Notes: a model not told the origin generated them from the letters alone. A DNA stretch of 64,000 nt from Micromonosporaceae bacterium (GCA_036375165.1 DASUSI010000178.1:43086-107085); one strand, 5' to 3'; counted from the first letter of the stretch, positions 42,035 to 52,117 are shown. Program-made: numbers and translations.

Positions 42035-42883
42035 TCACGACCGGTCCCCGTCAAGGTGCAGCTCGGGGATCTCGTCCCAGTGCAGCAGGGCGATCAGTTC
42101 CCGGTGGTGGGCGCTGAGCCGGTGCAGCGCCAGGCGCCTGCCCTTGGGCAGCTGGCTGGCCGCCCACGCCAGGTGCCGCAAACCGTCGAGGTCGATGAAG
42201 TGCAACTCGCCGAGGTCCAGGTGACTGTCGCCAGCGTCGTCGGTCCGCTCGTTGAGCTGTCTCAAAGCGGTGAGGAAGACGTCCATGGTCCCCGCGTCGA
42301 CCGCGCCCTGCACCCGAAGACCCGGCGGGTCGAAACTCGGGAAGATCTGCAATCCGCCGTGGCTGTAGAGCGGGTCGACACCCAACTGACCAGGGTGCAA
42401 CCGGTCCAGCCCGGCCTTCCCCACATCACGGCGGTCGTATTGGCAGACCACCATCGCCGGCAGCCTGGCCAGCGCCGCGTGCAGGCCTTTCTCGTACGCC
42501 ACGAGCCGGCCCATGCCGGGCGTGTGTCGCAACGCCCAGTTCATCTCGGTGGTGACCCGCAGGCCACGCCATCCCGCACCGAGGGCCGCCTCGACCTCCT
42601 GGCGCAGGATCCGGAACAGCCGGTCCGGCTGGAACCTGTCGCCGGACAGGTACACGTCACCCACGGACGCCACGCCCAACTGACCGGACGCCAGATGTCG
42701 CCGCCACTGGTCGCGTTCCAGGAAACCGAACACGCCAGCGGCGCTTTCCGGGTCGGCGTAGATGTACAGCACGCGCTCGTCGCGCCCCAAGCCGTCCCCG
42801 ACGAATGCCGACAGCACCGCCTGGCGTTCGGCCAGGCCGTTTGGGACCAGACACAGGTGGTCTCCGTGTGTGGCCTGGCTCAC
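42035..42883 (-). CDS. MEDS domain protein with C-terminal STAS-like domain
   Basis: N-terminal GDHLCLVPNGLAERQAVLSAFVGDGL...VLYIY (MEDS pattern). C-terminal ...LRVQGAVDAGTMDVFLTALRQL...HLDLGELHFIDLDGLRHL... (STAS-like). Confidence 0.6.
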   Translation of the reverse strand: MSQATHGDHLCLVPNGLAERQAVLSAFVGDGLGRDERVLYIYADPESAAGVFGFLERDQWRRHLASGQLGVASVGDVYLSGDRFQPDRLFRILRQEVEAALGAGWRGLRVTTEMNWALRHTPGMGRLVAYEKGLHAALARLPAMVVCQYDRRDVGKAGLDRLHPGQLGVDPLYSHGGLQIFPSFDPPGLRVQGAVDAGTMDVFLTALRQLNERTDDAGDSHLDLGELHFIDLDGLRHLAWAASQLPKGRRLALHRLSAHHRELIALLHWDEIPELHLDGDRS

Positions 42884-43048
42884 CGGTGTCCACCGGCGGG
42901 TCGGACGGCGGCGCGGTGACTTTCCGGACCTGCGGCGGCCACCCGTGGGGTATCCGATGGTGATGCCCCTCTCCGATGTGCTGTCGGCCCGTTGAGGCTT
43001 GCCGACATGGCGAATGTCGCGGTTCGTCGTGTCGGCGTGCGGTCTCGG

Positions 43049-44065
43049 CTACACGAACCGCCGGATCGAACCCCAGTATGCCCGCATCAGCGCGTTCAGC
43101 ACGTGGGTGCCCGGCGGCAGATCCATGGCCGCGGGTTCCAGGGTCGGCGTCAGCATCGCCATCCACAGGTGGTTCGGCACCGTCAGTTCCGAGTGCAGCA
43201 CCCGGCGTCGCTGCCGCAGGTGGCCGCGGTGTCGCCAGAGCCAGGTCCAGCCACGCAGTTTCTCCTTGGCCCAGCCCTGCTTGAGACCGAGCGCCAGCAT
43301 CGCGAGTTCCAGCGCCAGCAGCGGTGGTGCCAGAAGCAGCAGAGCCCTGCCGCTCCACATCGTGGCCAGCAGCATCAGCCGGTTCCGCTCGATCAGGTAG
43401 AACTTGTACGCGTTCCGCGAGAACTCGTACCGGTGCACCCCGACCGCGTCCGGTACGCACACCACCCGCTGTCCGGCCCGCCAGGTCCGCAACGACAGCT
43501 CCGCGTCCTCGTGGTAGGCGAAGTACGCCTCGTCGAACCCGCCCAACCGCCGCCAGTGTGCCGTCGTGGTGAGAAGGCACGCGCCGCTGGCCCCTGGCGT
43601 GTCGAACGGCTCGTGGCGGGTCTCCGGTTCACCAAACCGCCCAGACCATGACAGGCCGAGCACGTGGATCGGGTTCGCGCCCGCGTTGATCAGCGCGGGG
43701 TTCTCAGCCAGTCGGACGCTGCCCACCGCGATCCCCACCCCAGGCTGATCAACGGTGTCGACCAGGCGGGCGAGGGTTTCTGGTTCCACCACGCAGTCGG
43801 AGTTCACCAACGCGATGTAGTCGCCCCGAGCGGCGGCGGCACCCGCGTTGCAGCCGCCGGCGAACCCGAGGTTGCGGCCGGGACGCAGCGTGGTGACCCC
43901 GGTCCGGTGGGCGATTCGCTCGACGTCGTCGTTGGTGCAGCCGTTGTCGACCAGCACCACATCGACGTCCACGCCGCGCGACGCCAGCAGCGCGTCGACC
44001 GCGCGTGGCAGCCACGGCTCGGCCTGCCAGGCCAACACCACCGCCGACACCCGTGGCCGGTTCAC
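43049..44065 (-). CDS. glycosyltransferase family 2 (rhamnosyltransferase-like)
   Basis: VSAVVLAWQAEPWLPRAVDALL...VVLVDNGCTND...LGFAGGCNAG...ALVNSDCVV. GTG 44065 overlaps the rmlD stop (GTGA). Confidence 0.8.
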   Translation of the reverse strand: MNRPRVSAVVLAWQAEPWLPRAVDALLASRGVDVDVVLVDNGCTNDDVERIAHRTGVTTLRPGRNLGFAGGCNAGAAAARGDYIALVNSDCVVEPETLARLVDTVDQPGVGIAVGSVRLAENPALINAGANPIHVLGLSWSGRFGEPETRHEPFDTPGASGACLLTTTAHWRRLGGFDEAYFAYHEDAELSLRTWRAGQRVVCVPDAVGVHRYEFSRNAYKFYLIERNRLMLLATMWSGRALLLLAPPLLALELAMLALGLKQGWAKEKLRGWTWLWRHRGHLRQRRRVLHSELTVPNHLWMAMLTPTLEPAAMDLPPGTHVLNALMRAYWGSIRRFV

Positions 44066-44946
44066 GGCAGGCCCCAGGTGCGGAGTGCCTCGGCCAGGCT
44101 CGCGGCCCAGTCCGGCTGCGGCGCGACCCCCGCGAGCTGCCACCGGTCGTGACCCAGCACCGAGTAGGCGGGGCGGCGGGCCGGGCGCGGAAACCTGTCC
44201 GACGTGGTGGGTCGTATCCGGTCGGGGTCGTGTCCGGCGGCGGTGAACACCGCGCGGGCAAGGCCGTACCAGGTGGTCTGGCCGGACGCTGTGCCGTGGT
44301 AGACACCCGCCGGTGCCCGTCCGGCGACCGCCCCGGTGCCCAGCTCCCGCAACTGGCGGCTGAGCGCGACGGTCCAGGTGGGCTGCCCGTGCTGGTCGTC
44401 AACCACATCCACGGTGTCGTGTTCGCGTGCCAGGCGCAGCATGGTTGAGACGAAACTGCGGCCGTGTTCGCCGTACAACCAGGCGGTCCGAACCACGTAT
44501 CCGGTGGTGGGCAGCAGTGACAGCACCGCGCGTTCGCCCTCGAGCTTGCCACGGCCGTAGGCGTTGACCGGCGCCGTGGGCGCGTTCTCCGGGTACGGGT
44601 GCTCAGCGGTCCCGGGGAACACATAGTCGGTGGAGATCTGGACCAGCCGGGCGCCGGAGCCCGCGCAGGCGCGGGCGAGCAGTTCCACGCCGTGCCCGTT
44701 CACCCGGGTCGCGGTCGGCTCGTCGGATTCGGCCGCGTCCACGTCGGTGTAGCCAGCGGTGTTGATCACGACGTGGTGGCCGGCCACCACGTCGGACACC
44801 ATGTCGGGGTCGGTGATGTCCACATCGGTGTGCCGCGCCGCGGTGACCTGCTCGCCGGCACCGGTCAACGCCGCGACCAGGTCCCGGCCGAGCATTCCGC
44901 CGGCCCCGGTGACCAGCCACCGCACCAACGAGGCTCCCGAAGTCAT
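44062..44946 (-). CDS. rfbD: dTDP-4-dehydrorhamnose reductase
   Basis: WLVTGAGGMLGRDL Rossmann, ...ISTDYVF..., NAYGRGKLEGE (YxxxK). ATG 44946 overlaps the rmlB stop (ATGA). Confidence 0.85.
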   Translation of the reverse strand: MTSGASLVRWLVTGAGGMLGRDLVAALTGAGEQVTAARHTDVDITDPDMVSDVVAGHHVVINTAGYTDVDAAESDEPTATRVNGHGVELLARACAGSGARLVQISTDYVFPGTAEHPYPENAPTAPVNAYGRGKLEGERAVLSLLPTTGYVVRTAWLYGEHGRSFVSTMLRLAREHDTVDVVDDQHGQPTWTVALSRQLRELGTGAVAGRAPAGVYHGTASGQTTWYGLARAVFTAAGHDPDRIRPTTSDRFPRPARRPAYSVLGHDRWQLAGVAPQPDWAASLAEALRTWGLP

Positions 44947-45971
44947 CCGCGCCGCTGGTCCGCGGACCCGGTTTCGGTCACCAGCTCGGCACGCTTCTTG
45001 AGCGGCTCCCACCAGCCACGGTGGTCCCGGTACCACCGCACGGTGTCGGTCAGGCCGTCCTCGAACGGCACCCGGGGCTCGTAGCCCAGTTCCGTGCGGA
45101 TCTTGGTGTCGTCGACGGAGTAGCGGCGGTCGTGGCCCTTGCGGTCGGTGACGTACTCCACGGCGCTCCAGTCCGCGCCACACGCCGTAAGTAACAGCCC
45201 GGTCAATTCCTTGTTGGCCAGCTCGGTGCCGCCGCCGATGTTGTAGATCTCGCCGGCACGCCCCCGCGACAGGACGAGCTGGATCGCCCGGCAGTGGTCA
45301 TCGACATGCAACCAGTCCCGGACGTTGCCGCCGTCCCCGTACAGCGGGACCCGCCCGCCGTCGAGCAGGTTGGTCACGAACAGCGGAATCAGCTTCTCCG
45401 GATACTGGTACGGGCCGTAATTGTTGGAGCAACGCGTGATCACCACGTCGAGTCCGTGGGTGCGGTGGTAGGCCCGGGCCAGCAGATCGGACCCGGCCTT
45501 CGACGCCGAGTACGGCGAGTTGGGCTCCAGCAAATGATCTTCCGGCCATGAGCCGGTCTCGATCGACCCGTACACCTCGTCAGTGGAAACGTGGACGAAC
45601 CGCCCGATCCGGTGCCGGACCGCGGCCTCCAGCAGCGTCTGGGTGCCCGCCACGTTCGTGGTGATGAACGGTGCCGCGCCCTGGATGGACCGGTCGACGT
45701 GGGACTCCGCGGCGAAGTGGACCACGGCGTCGTGGCCGGGCATCACCTCGTCCACCCGCACCGGATCGCGGATGTCGCCAGCGACGAACCGTAACCGTGG
45801 ATGGTTGGCGACTGGTGCGAGATTCTCCCGGTTACCGGAGTAGGTGAGCTTGTCCAGGACCGTGACCACATCGCCAGGGTCGCCCGAACCTCCGGCGTAC
45901 CCGTCGGACAGCAGCGTGCGGACGTAGTGGGAGCCGATGAAACCGGCACCACCCGTGACAAGGACCCTCAC
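44943..45971 (-). CDS. rfbB: dTDP-glucose 4,6-dehydratase
   Basis: MRVLVTGGAGFIGSHYV, HFAAESHVDRS, STDEVYG, SPYSASKAGSDLL. Confidence 0.95.
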   Translation of the reverse strand: MRVLVTGGAGFIGSHYVRTLLSDGYAGGSGDPGDVVTVLDKLTYSGNRENLAPVANHPRLRFVAGDIRDPVRVDEVMPGHDAVVHFAAESHVDRSIQGAAPFITTNVAGTQTLLEAAVRHRIGRFVHVSTDEVYGSIETGSWPEDHLLEPNSPYSASKAGSDLLARAYHRTHGLDVVITRCSNNYGPYQYPEKLIPLFVTNLLDGGRVPLYGDGGNVRDWLHVDDHCRAIQLVLSRGRAGEIYNIGGGTELANKELTGLLLTACGADWSAVEYVTDRKGHDRRYSVDDTKIRTELGYEPRVPFEDGLTDTVRWYRDHRGWWEPLKKRAELVTETGSADQRRG

Positions 45972-46058
45972 AGTGTCCGGAGTCTAGACGGCGACCCTGC
46001 CGGCGGTTGGAGCCACGGGCACCCGGCGAGTCCGGGGTGCCCGTGATTTTCGGCCGGT

Positions 46059-46970
46059 ATGGTGACCCGGGTGCGTGGCATCATCCTCGCCGGGGGGACC
46101 GGATCGCGGCTGTGGCCGATCACCAAAGCGGTGTCCAAGCAGCTGATGCCGATCTTTGACAAGCCGATGATCTACTATCCGTTGTCCACCCTGATGATGG
46201 CCGGGATCCGGGAGATCCTGGTGATCACCACGCCGGAGGAGCAGCCGCAGTTCGTACGGCTGCTCGGGGACGGATCCCAGCTCGGGATGCGGTTCGAGTA
46301 TGCCGCGCAGCCACGCCCGGAGGGAATCGCGCAGGCATTCCTGATCGGAGCGGACTTCATCGGCGAGCGACCGGTGGCGCTGATCCTGGGCGACAACATC
46401 TTCTACGGGGTGGGGCTCGGACACCATCTCTCCCGGTCCACCGACGTGGTGGGCGGGCGGATCTTCGCCTACCCGGTGGCGAACCCGCAGGCGTACGGCG
46501 TGGTGGAGTTCGACGGGGACGGGAAAGTGTTGTCGATTCAGGAGAAGCCGCAGAAACCCAAGTCGCACTACGCGGTTCCCGGGTTGTACTTCTACGACGA
46601 CCGGGTGGTGGAGATCGCCCGCGAACTGTCACCGAGCGCTCGCGGGGAGTTGGAGATCACTGGGGTGAACGAGGCGTACCTGCGCCGCGGTGAGCTGCGG
46701 GTCGGGGTACTTGACCGGGGCACCGCGTGGCTGGACACCGGAACCTTCGGATCGATGGTCGCCGCCGCCGAGTTTGTCCGGGTCGTCGAGGAGCGCCAGG
46801 GCCTCAAGCTCGGCTGCATCGAGGAGGTGGCCTGGCGTCAGGGCTACATCGACAACGACCAGTTCCGGGCACTGGCCGAGCCGCTCACCAAGAGCGGGTA
46901 CGGGAACTACCTGCTGGACCTCCTGGAACGGGAGCCGGAGCCGACAGTGTCCGACCTTCCCGGCTTCTAG
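46059..46970 (+). CDS. rfbA: glucose-1-phosphate thymidylyltransferase
   Basis: [53 protein letters not shown] is a near-canonical RmlA N-terminus. Confidence 0.95.
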   Translation: MVTRVRGIILAGGTGSRLWPITKAVSKQLMPIFDKPMIYYPLSTLMMAGIREILVITTPEEQPQFVRLLGDGSQLGMRFEYAAQPRPEGIAQAFLIGADFIGERPVALILGDNIFYGVGLGHHLSRSTDVVGGRIFAYPVANPQAYGVVEFDGDGKVLSIQEKPQKPKSHYAVPGLYFYDDRVVEIARELSPSARGELEITGVNEAYLRRGELRVGVLDRGTAWLDTGTFGSMVAAAEFVRVVEERQGLKLGCIEEVAWRQGYIDNDQFRALAEPLTKSGYGNYLLDLLEREPEPTVSDLPGF

Positions 46971-47008
46971 CCTTCGCGTGGAAGGACTCTTGTGGAAAGG
47001 CACCGACC

Positions 47009-47638
47009 GTGACTCCTGCCGACAACGCCGGCGAGCCGCTGCCTGGCGACACCGCCGCGGCGGCCTATGCCGAACGGCTACGCCGGCTGGAGGACGTCTG
47101 GTGGAAACGGCTGCTGGACGTGCAGGCCCCGTATCGGTGGAACCTTCGACGGCTGGCGCTCGGCCGCACCCTCGATGTCGGCTGCGGGCTCGGCCGTAAC
47201 CTGCGAAACCTGGGCCCGGACAGCGTCGGCGTGGACCACAACCCGGAGTCCATCCGGATCGCCCGCCACCGCGGGCTGCGGGCCTACACCGTGGAGGAGT
47301 TCCTCGCCTCGCAGTACGCGCGTCCTGGAGTCTTTGACTCGCTGCTGGTGGCCCACCTGGTGGAACACATGCCCGAGCCGGACGCCGAGCGGGTGGTCGG
47401 GAGGTACCTGCCCTATCTTCGGCCGGGTGGTCGTGCCCTGTTCATCACCCCCCAGGAGCGGGGGTACGTCTCCGACCACACCCACGTGCGGTTCTGCGGC
47501 TTTCCGGAGATCACGGCGTTGGCCCGGTCGGTGGGCCTGACCGTGGAACGGCAGTACTCGTTCCCGTTCCCGCGCATCGCCGGCCGGCTGTTCACGTACA
47601 ACGAGTTCAATGTGCTGGCCCGCAAGCCGGAGGCCTGA
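47009..47638 (+). CDS. class I SAM-dependent methyltransferase
   Basis: Motif I LDVGCGLGRN and post-I VGVDHN. GTG 47009 with GGAAAGG 8 nt upstream. The track start 46727 extension overlaps rfbA. Confidence 0.7.
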   Translation: MTPADNAGEPLPGDTAAAAYAERLRRLEDVWWKRLLDVQAPYRWNLRRLALGRTLDVGCGLGRNLRNLGPDSVGVDHNPESIRIARHRGLRAYTVEEFLASQYARPGVFDSLLVAHLVEHMPEPDAERVVGRYLPYLRPGGRALFITPQERGYVSDHTHVRFCGFPEITALARSVGLTVERQYSFPFPRIAGRLFTYNEFNVLARKPEA

Positions 47639-47640
47639 CC

Positions 47641-48243
47641 GTGGAGATCCAGCCGCTGTCCATCGACGGGGCCTACCTGGTGACCCCGCGCCAGCACGGT
47701 GACCCGCGCGGCGTGCTCCTGGAGTGGTACCGGTTCGACCGGCTCGCCGAACACGTCGGGCACCCGTTACGGCTGGCTCAGGCCAACCTGTCGACCTCCG
47801 CGCGGGGCGTGGTCCGGGGCATCCACTACGCCGACGTGCCCCCCGGACAGGCCAAGTACGTCACCTGCCCTCGGGGTGCGGTGCTCGACGTGGTTGTGGA
47901 CCTGCGCGTGGGGTCCCCCACGTACGCCCGGCACGAGGGGGTACGTCTGGACGAGACGGACCGGCGTGCCATCTACCTTGCCGAAGGCCTGGGACATGGG
48001 TTCTGCGCCCTGACGGGCGACGCCACCCTGGTCTACATCTGTTCCGAGACGTACGCGCCGGGGCGCGAGCACAGTGTGCATCCGCTCGATCCGGAACTCG
48101 GGATCGACTGGCCGGTGGCCACCCCACTGCTGTCAGACCGGGACGCCGCGGCGCCGAGCCTCGCAAAGGCGCGTGCCCGTGGCGGGCTGCCTGACTACGG
48201 TGCGTGTCAGAAGTTCTACCGAGCACTGGATGTGAAGGAATGA
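47641..48243 (+). CDS. rfbC: dTDP-4-dehydrorhamnose 3,5-epimerase
   Basis: ...DPRGVLLEWY..., NLSTSARGVVRGIHY, QAKYVTCPRGAVLDVVVDLR, GLGHGF. Confidence 0.9.
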   Translation: MEIQPLSIDGAYLVTPRQHGDPRGVLLEWYRFDRLAEHVGHPLRLAQANLSTSARGVVRGIHYADVPPGQAKYVTCPRGAVLDVVVDLRVGSPTYARHEGVRLDETDRRAIYLAEGLGHGFCALTGDATLVYICSETYAPGREHSVHPLDPELGIDWPVATPLLSDRDAAAPSLAKARARGGLPDYGACQKFYRALDVKE

Positions 48244-48318
48244 CCGTCGAATGTGGACGGGCATCAAATGTCCGGTTCGGTGATGTCGTGGCTCACGGTT
48301 ACCGGGTAGTGTCAATTC

Positions 48319-49677
48319 ATGGATCGGCGGATCTTCGGTCTCGAGACAGAGTACGGCGTGACGTGCACCTTCCGGGGACAGCGGCGGCTGTCGCCCGACG
48401 AGGTGGCCCGGTACCTGTTCCGCCGCGTTGTCAGCTGGGGTCGCTCCAGTAACGTATTTCTGCGCAACGGCGCCCGGCTGTATCTGGATGTCGGCTCGCA
48501 CCCGGAGTACGCCACTCCGGAGTGTGATTCGTTGACCGATCTGGTGGCTCACGACCGGGCCGGGGAACGGATTCTGGAAGGGCTGTTGGTGGATGCCGAG
48601 CGTCGGTTGCACGACGAGGGCATCGCCGGGGACATCTACCTTTTCAAGAACAACACCGACTCGGCCGGCAACTCCTACGGCTGCCACGAGAACTACCTGG
48701 TCGGCCGGCACGGGGAGTTCGGGCGACTGGCTGACATCCTGATCCCGTTCCTGGTCACGAGGCAGTTGATCTGCGGCGCGGGCAAGGTGCTGCAGACCCC
48801 GCGGGGGGCGGTGTACTGCCTGTCGCAGCGGGCGGAGCACATCTGGGAGGGCGTGTCGTCTGCGACCACCCGCTCCCGGCCCATCATCAACACCCGGGAC
48901 GAGCCGCACGCCGACGCTGAGCGGTACCGCCGGCTGCACGTGATCGTCGGTGACTCCAACATGAACGAGGTCACCACCTTGCTGAAGGTGGGAAGCGCCG
49001 ACATCGTACTGCGCATGATCGAGTCCGGGGCCGTGATGCGCGACCTGACACTGGAGAACCCGATCCGGGCGATCCGTGAGGTCAGCCACGACATCACCGG
49101 CCGGCGTACGGTGCGGCTGGCCAGCGGCCGGGAGATCAGCGCCCTGGAGATCCAACAGGAGTACTTCACCAAGGCCGCCGACTTCGTCGACCGACGCGGC
49201 GGTGACGCCACCGCCAAGCGTGTGATCGACCTGTGGGGTCGCGTGCTCGCCGCGGTGGAGTCCGGTGACTCGTCCGGGGTGGCCCGGGAGATCGACTGGG
49301 TGGCGAAGAAGGACCTGATCGACCGCTACCGCGCCAAGCACGACCTGCCGCTGTCCAACCCCCGGGTGGCACAGCTGGACCTGGCATACCACGACCTGCG
49401 TCGCGGCAGGGGCCTGTACGGGCTGCTGGAGCGCCGCCGACAGGTCGACCGGGTGGCCACCGACCTGGAGATCTTCGAGGCCAAGGAGACACCACCGCAG
49501 ACCACCCGGGCCCGACTGCGGGGTGAGTTCATTCGCCGGGCACAGGAGAAGCGACGCGACTTCACCGTCGACTGGGTGCACCTGAAACTGAACGACCAGG
49601 CGCAGCGTACGGTTTTGTGCAAGGACCCGTTCCGAGCACACGACGAGCGGGTGGAGAAGCTGATCGCGAGCATGTGA
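48319..49677 (+). CDS. pafA: Pup-protein ligase
   Basis: [70 protein letters not shown] is almost identical in pattern to mycobacterial PafA. Confidence 0.95.
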   Translation: MDRRIFGLETEYGVTCTFRGQRRLSPDEVARYLFRRVVSWGRSSNVFLRNGARLYLDVGSHPEYATPECDSLTDLVAHDRAGERILEGLLVDAERRLHDEGIAGDIYLFKNNTDSAGNSYGCHENYLVGRHGEFGRLADILIPFLVTRQLICGAGKVLQTPRGAVYCLSQRAEHIWEGVSSATTRSRPIINTRDEPHADAERYRRLHVIVGDSNMNEVTTLLKVGSADIVLRMIESGAVMRDLTLENPIRAIREVSHDITGRRTVRLASGREISALEIQQEYFTKAADFVDRRGGDATAKRVIDLWGRVLAAVESGDSSGVAREIDWVAKKDLIDRYRAKHDLPLSNPRVAQLDLAYHDLRRGRGLYGLLERRRQVDRVATDLEIFEAKETPPQTTRARLRGEFIRRAQEKRRDFTVDWVHLKLNDQAQRTVLCKDPFRAHDERVEKLIASM

Positions 49678-49868
49678 TGGTCGAAATTCCCCCCGGCGGA
49701 CCCGGTTACGAGGTCGGGCCGCGTAACAGTCGGCGTGAGAGGATCCGTGAGGAGATCGAGGCGAACCGCCGCGGCGAGTACGTGGTGCCAACCTGGGTCC
49801 TCGCGTTGGCGTTGGTCACCATGCTGGCCGGGCTCGCCGCCGTGATCATCTACGCCAACCAGACCTGA
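49677..49868 (+). CDS. hypothetical small single-pass membrane protein
   Basis: 63 codons. ATG overlaps the pafA stop (TGATG). Charged N-terminus, then one TM helix (VVPTWVLALALVTMLAGLAAVIIY). Confidence 0.4.
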   Translation: MVEIPPGGPGYEVGPRNSRRERIREEIEANRRGEYVVPTWVLALALVTMLAGLAAVIIYANQT

Positions 49869-49870
49869 GG

Positions 49871-50962
49871 TCAGGCCAGCAGTCGTGCGGCGTGGCGACC
49901 GGACACGGCCGCTGCGAGGAAGTACGCCGTGTCCTGGTCCAGACCACGCCCCATCGTGGACAACCGCACCGGAAGCCGCCGCAATCCGTCCAGCAAGCCG
50001 TCAGCGGGCACATGCACCACCCGGTGCCGCTCGTGCAGCGGCTTGAGTGCGGTCTCCACCATGGCGGCGAGGTCCGGTTCCAACGGGGAGGGCACCACGA
50101 GGTCCGCCGAAGCGAGCGCCACCCGGCCGTACGCGGTGAGGCTGTGGTGTGATACCCCACGGTGACGCGGCCGGGGATCGGCGTCGGAGATCCGCAGCGA
50201 GCCCACCGGTCTGCCGCCGAGTGCCGCTGTCGCGTTCACCGTCTCGCCGACCTCGACGCCGGAGAACCCCCATGGGGTACCGGTGCCAAGATTGCCCGGC
50301 CCCTGGGCGACCACCGTGATGTCCGCCCGCAGTGCGTGCCGGGCCGCCAGAAGCCCGGCGTGCACGTTGGTGGCCTCAAGGTCGCCTCCGAACGCCTGGC
50401 CTACGGTGACGGTGCCGACGAGGTGCCCGCGAAGCGCGTCCAGGTTGCGGCTGAACCAGGCGGGAAGCGCACCGCCGTCGGTCATCAGGTACGCCACCCG
50501 TGCGTCCGGGGCGTCAGTCTTCAAACCGGCGAGGACGGCGGGCAGCGCGGAGTGCAGGTCCGCGACCACCACCGGCATGCCGTCCAGAGCGTCGGCGCTT
50601 TCCAGGACGGCCCGGTGCGGAGAGTTCTCCTCGTCGGCCCCGAGCACGATCGGCTGCAGTGGCGTGTATCGGGCCTTGACCACATGTCCCGGACCGGTGG
50701 GGTCAGGCGGCAGCCGGTCCGGGATGGCCACCACGAACGCGTACCCTCCGGTGCCCAGGCCCAGCGCAAGGGCCCCGACGTTGAGCAGCACCCGGTCACC
50801 CACCTCGGGGGCGCCGGTGAGCTGTGGGTAGGCCAACGCCCGCACCTCACCGGGTTCCCGCTCCGACCGCCGCTGCACCGCCACGGTCAATTCCACGGCA
50901 CCCCGCCAGGAGCGACCCAGCCCGGTGACGGTCCCTGATCTCCATCGCACCACGCCCAGCAC
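49871..50962 (-). CDS. conserved hypothetical protein (DUF3866-like)
   Basis: About 363 aa with ...LNVGALALGLGTGGYAFVV..., ...VVADLHSALPAV..., ...GQAFGGDLEATNVHAGLL... My recollection is that this pattern belongs to DUF3866. Start uncertain among three GTGs (50962/50953/50950). Confidence 0.5.
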   Translation of the reverse strand: MLGVVRWRSGTVTGLGRSWRGAVELTVAVQRRSEREPGEVRALAYPQLTGAPEVGDRVLLNVGALALGLGTGGYAFVVAIPDRLPPDPTGPGHVVKARYTPLQPIVLGADEENSPHRAVLESADALDGMPVVVADLHSALPAVLAGLKTDAPDARVAYLMTDGGALPAWFSRNLDALRGHLVGTVTVGQAFGGDLEATNVHAGLLAARHALRADITVVAQGPGNLGTGTPWGFSGVEVGETVNATAALGGRPVGSLRISDADPRPRHRGVSHHSLTAYGRVALASADLVVPSPLEPDLAAMVETALKPLHERHRVVHVPADGLLDGLRRLPVRLSTMGRGLDQDTAYFLAAAVSGRHAARLLA

Positions 50963-51085
50963 CGTAGCCGACGCCGGTTGTGGCGCGGACCTGTCCTGGG
51001 CCTGGGCGATTGGACACCGCCACGCCGGGGGCCGGGATCGGATACCTGCCTCGGCACCAGCGGGAACGCTGCTAGCGTCGGGGAC

Positions 51086-52117
51086 GTGTCGCGCAGCCGT
51101 ACCGAACGCCTGGTCAACCTGGTGATCTGCCTGTTGGCCACACGACGGTTCCTGACCGCCGCGCAGATCGCGCAGACGGTGCCCGGGTACGAGCACAACG
51201 CGGCTGAGCCACGCGAACACGAGGCGTTCCAACGCAAGTTCGAAAGGGACAAGGCTGAGCTGCGGGAACTCGGGGTCCCGCTGGAAACCGGCACCGCGAG
51301 CGTCTTCGACACCGAGCCCGGCTACCGGATCGCCCGGCCCGCGTACGCGCTGCCGGACGTGATCCTGGAACCGGACGAGGCGGCGGCGGTGGGGATCGCG
51401 GCGCGGTTGTGGCAGCACGCCGGGTTGGCCTCGGCGGCGTCATCCGGCCTGTTGAAGTTGCGGGCCGCTGGCGTCGATGTGGACTCACAGGCCACCCTCG
51501 GCATCGAACCGGTGGTGACAGTGGAGCCTACCTTCGCCCCGCTCACCGGGGCCGCTGCGGACCGTCAGGCGGTCACGTTCGAGTACCGGGCGCCGGAGGC
51601 CGACGCGCCGACCCGCCGCCGGTTGCAGCCCTGGGGGGTGGTGTGCTGGCGAGGTCGCTGGTACGTGGTCGGTAAAGACCTGGACCGGGACGCGCCACGC
51701 TGCTTTCGGCTGTCCCGGATCGTGGGCGAGGTGCGCCGTACCGGTCCGGCGGCGGCGTACCAGTTGCCGGAGGGCATCGACCTGATCGACTACGTGGCCC
51801 GTTGGTCGGGCCCTCCGGAACACCGGGGACACGCCAGGGTGCGGCTACGACACGGCCGGGCGGCTGGGATCCGCCGCTGGGCCGAGCGGGTCACCGCCCA
51901 CCACGACGGCGACGTCGCGGTGTTGCGGTACTCCGACCCGGATTCACTCGCCGGGTATCTGGTGGGTTACGGCGCGGACGTGGTGGTGCTCGACCCGCCG
52001 GAGGTCTGCGACGCCGTGGTGGCACTGCTGGAGCGGACCGCCGCCCGCTACCCCGAGACAACGAGCGCGGCTACGGACCTGCCTGCCGCGCCCGCCTGGT
52101 CTGGGGAATCCCGATGA
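51086..52117 (+). CDS. pafB: WYL-domain transcriptional regulator PafB
   Basis: HTH RTERLVNLVICLLATRRFLTAAQIAQTVPGY and WYL region (YRAPEADAPTRRRLQPWGVVCWRGRWYVVG). ATGA overlap with pafC. Confidence 0.85.
   Translation: MSRSRTERLVNLVICLLATRRFLTAAQIAQTVPGYEHNAAEPREHEAFQRKFERDKAELRELGVPLETGTASVFDTEPGYRIARPAYALPDVILEPDEAAAVGIAARLWQHAGLASAASSGLLKLRAAGVDVDSQATLGIEPVVTVEPTFAPLTGAAADRQAVTFEYRAPEADAPTRRRLQPWGVVCWRGRWYVVGKDLDRDAPRCFRLSRIVGEVRRTGPAAAYQLPEGIDLIDYVARWSGPPEHRGHARVRLRHGRAAGIRRWAERVTAHHDGDVAVLRYSDPDSLAGYLVGYGADVVVLDPPEVCDAVVALLERTAARYPETTSAATDLPAAPAWSGESR

Noticed and set aside
40946-42919. 657-aa plus-strand ORF
   Set aside because: Antisense to the DMT transporter and the MEDS-STAS gene. 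The first half is an Ala/Thr/Ser/Pro/Arg string, the usual mirror of a membrane protein.
48244-48318. Searched the pafA, pafB and AlkZ-like upstream regions for the PafBC-dependent RecA-NDp motif (TGTCGGTG-N8-TAnnnT) and for LexA boxes (TCGAAC-N4-GTTCGA)
   Set aside because: Only partial matches were found: TGTCGTGG upstream of pafA without a correctly spaced TAnnnT, and TCGAACaggaTGTTGA at 29531, which lies inside a gene. None is convincing.
48133-49791. 552-aa minus-strand ORF
   Set aside because: Antisense to pafA, whose identity is unambiguous.
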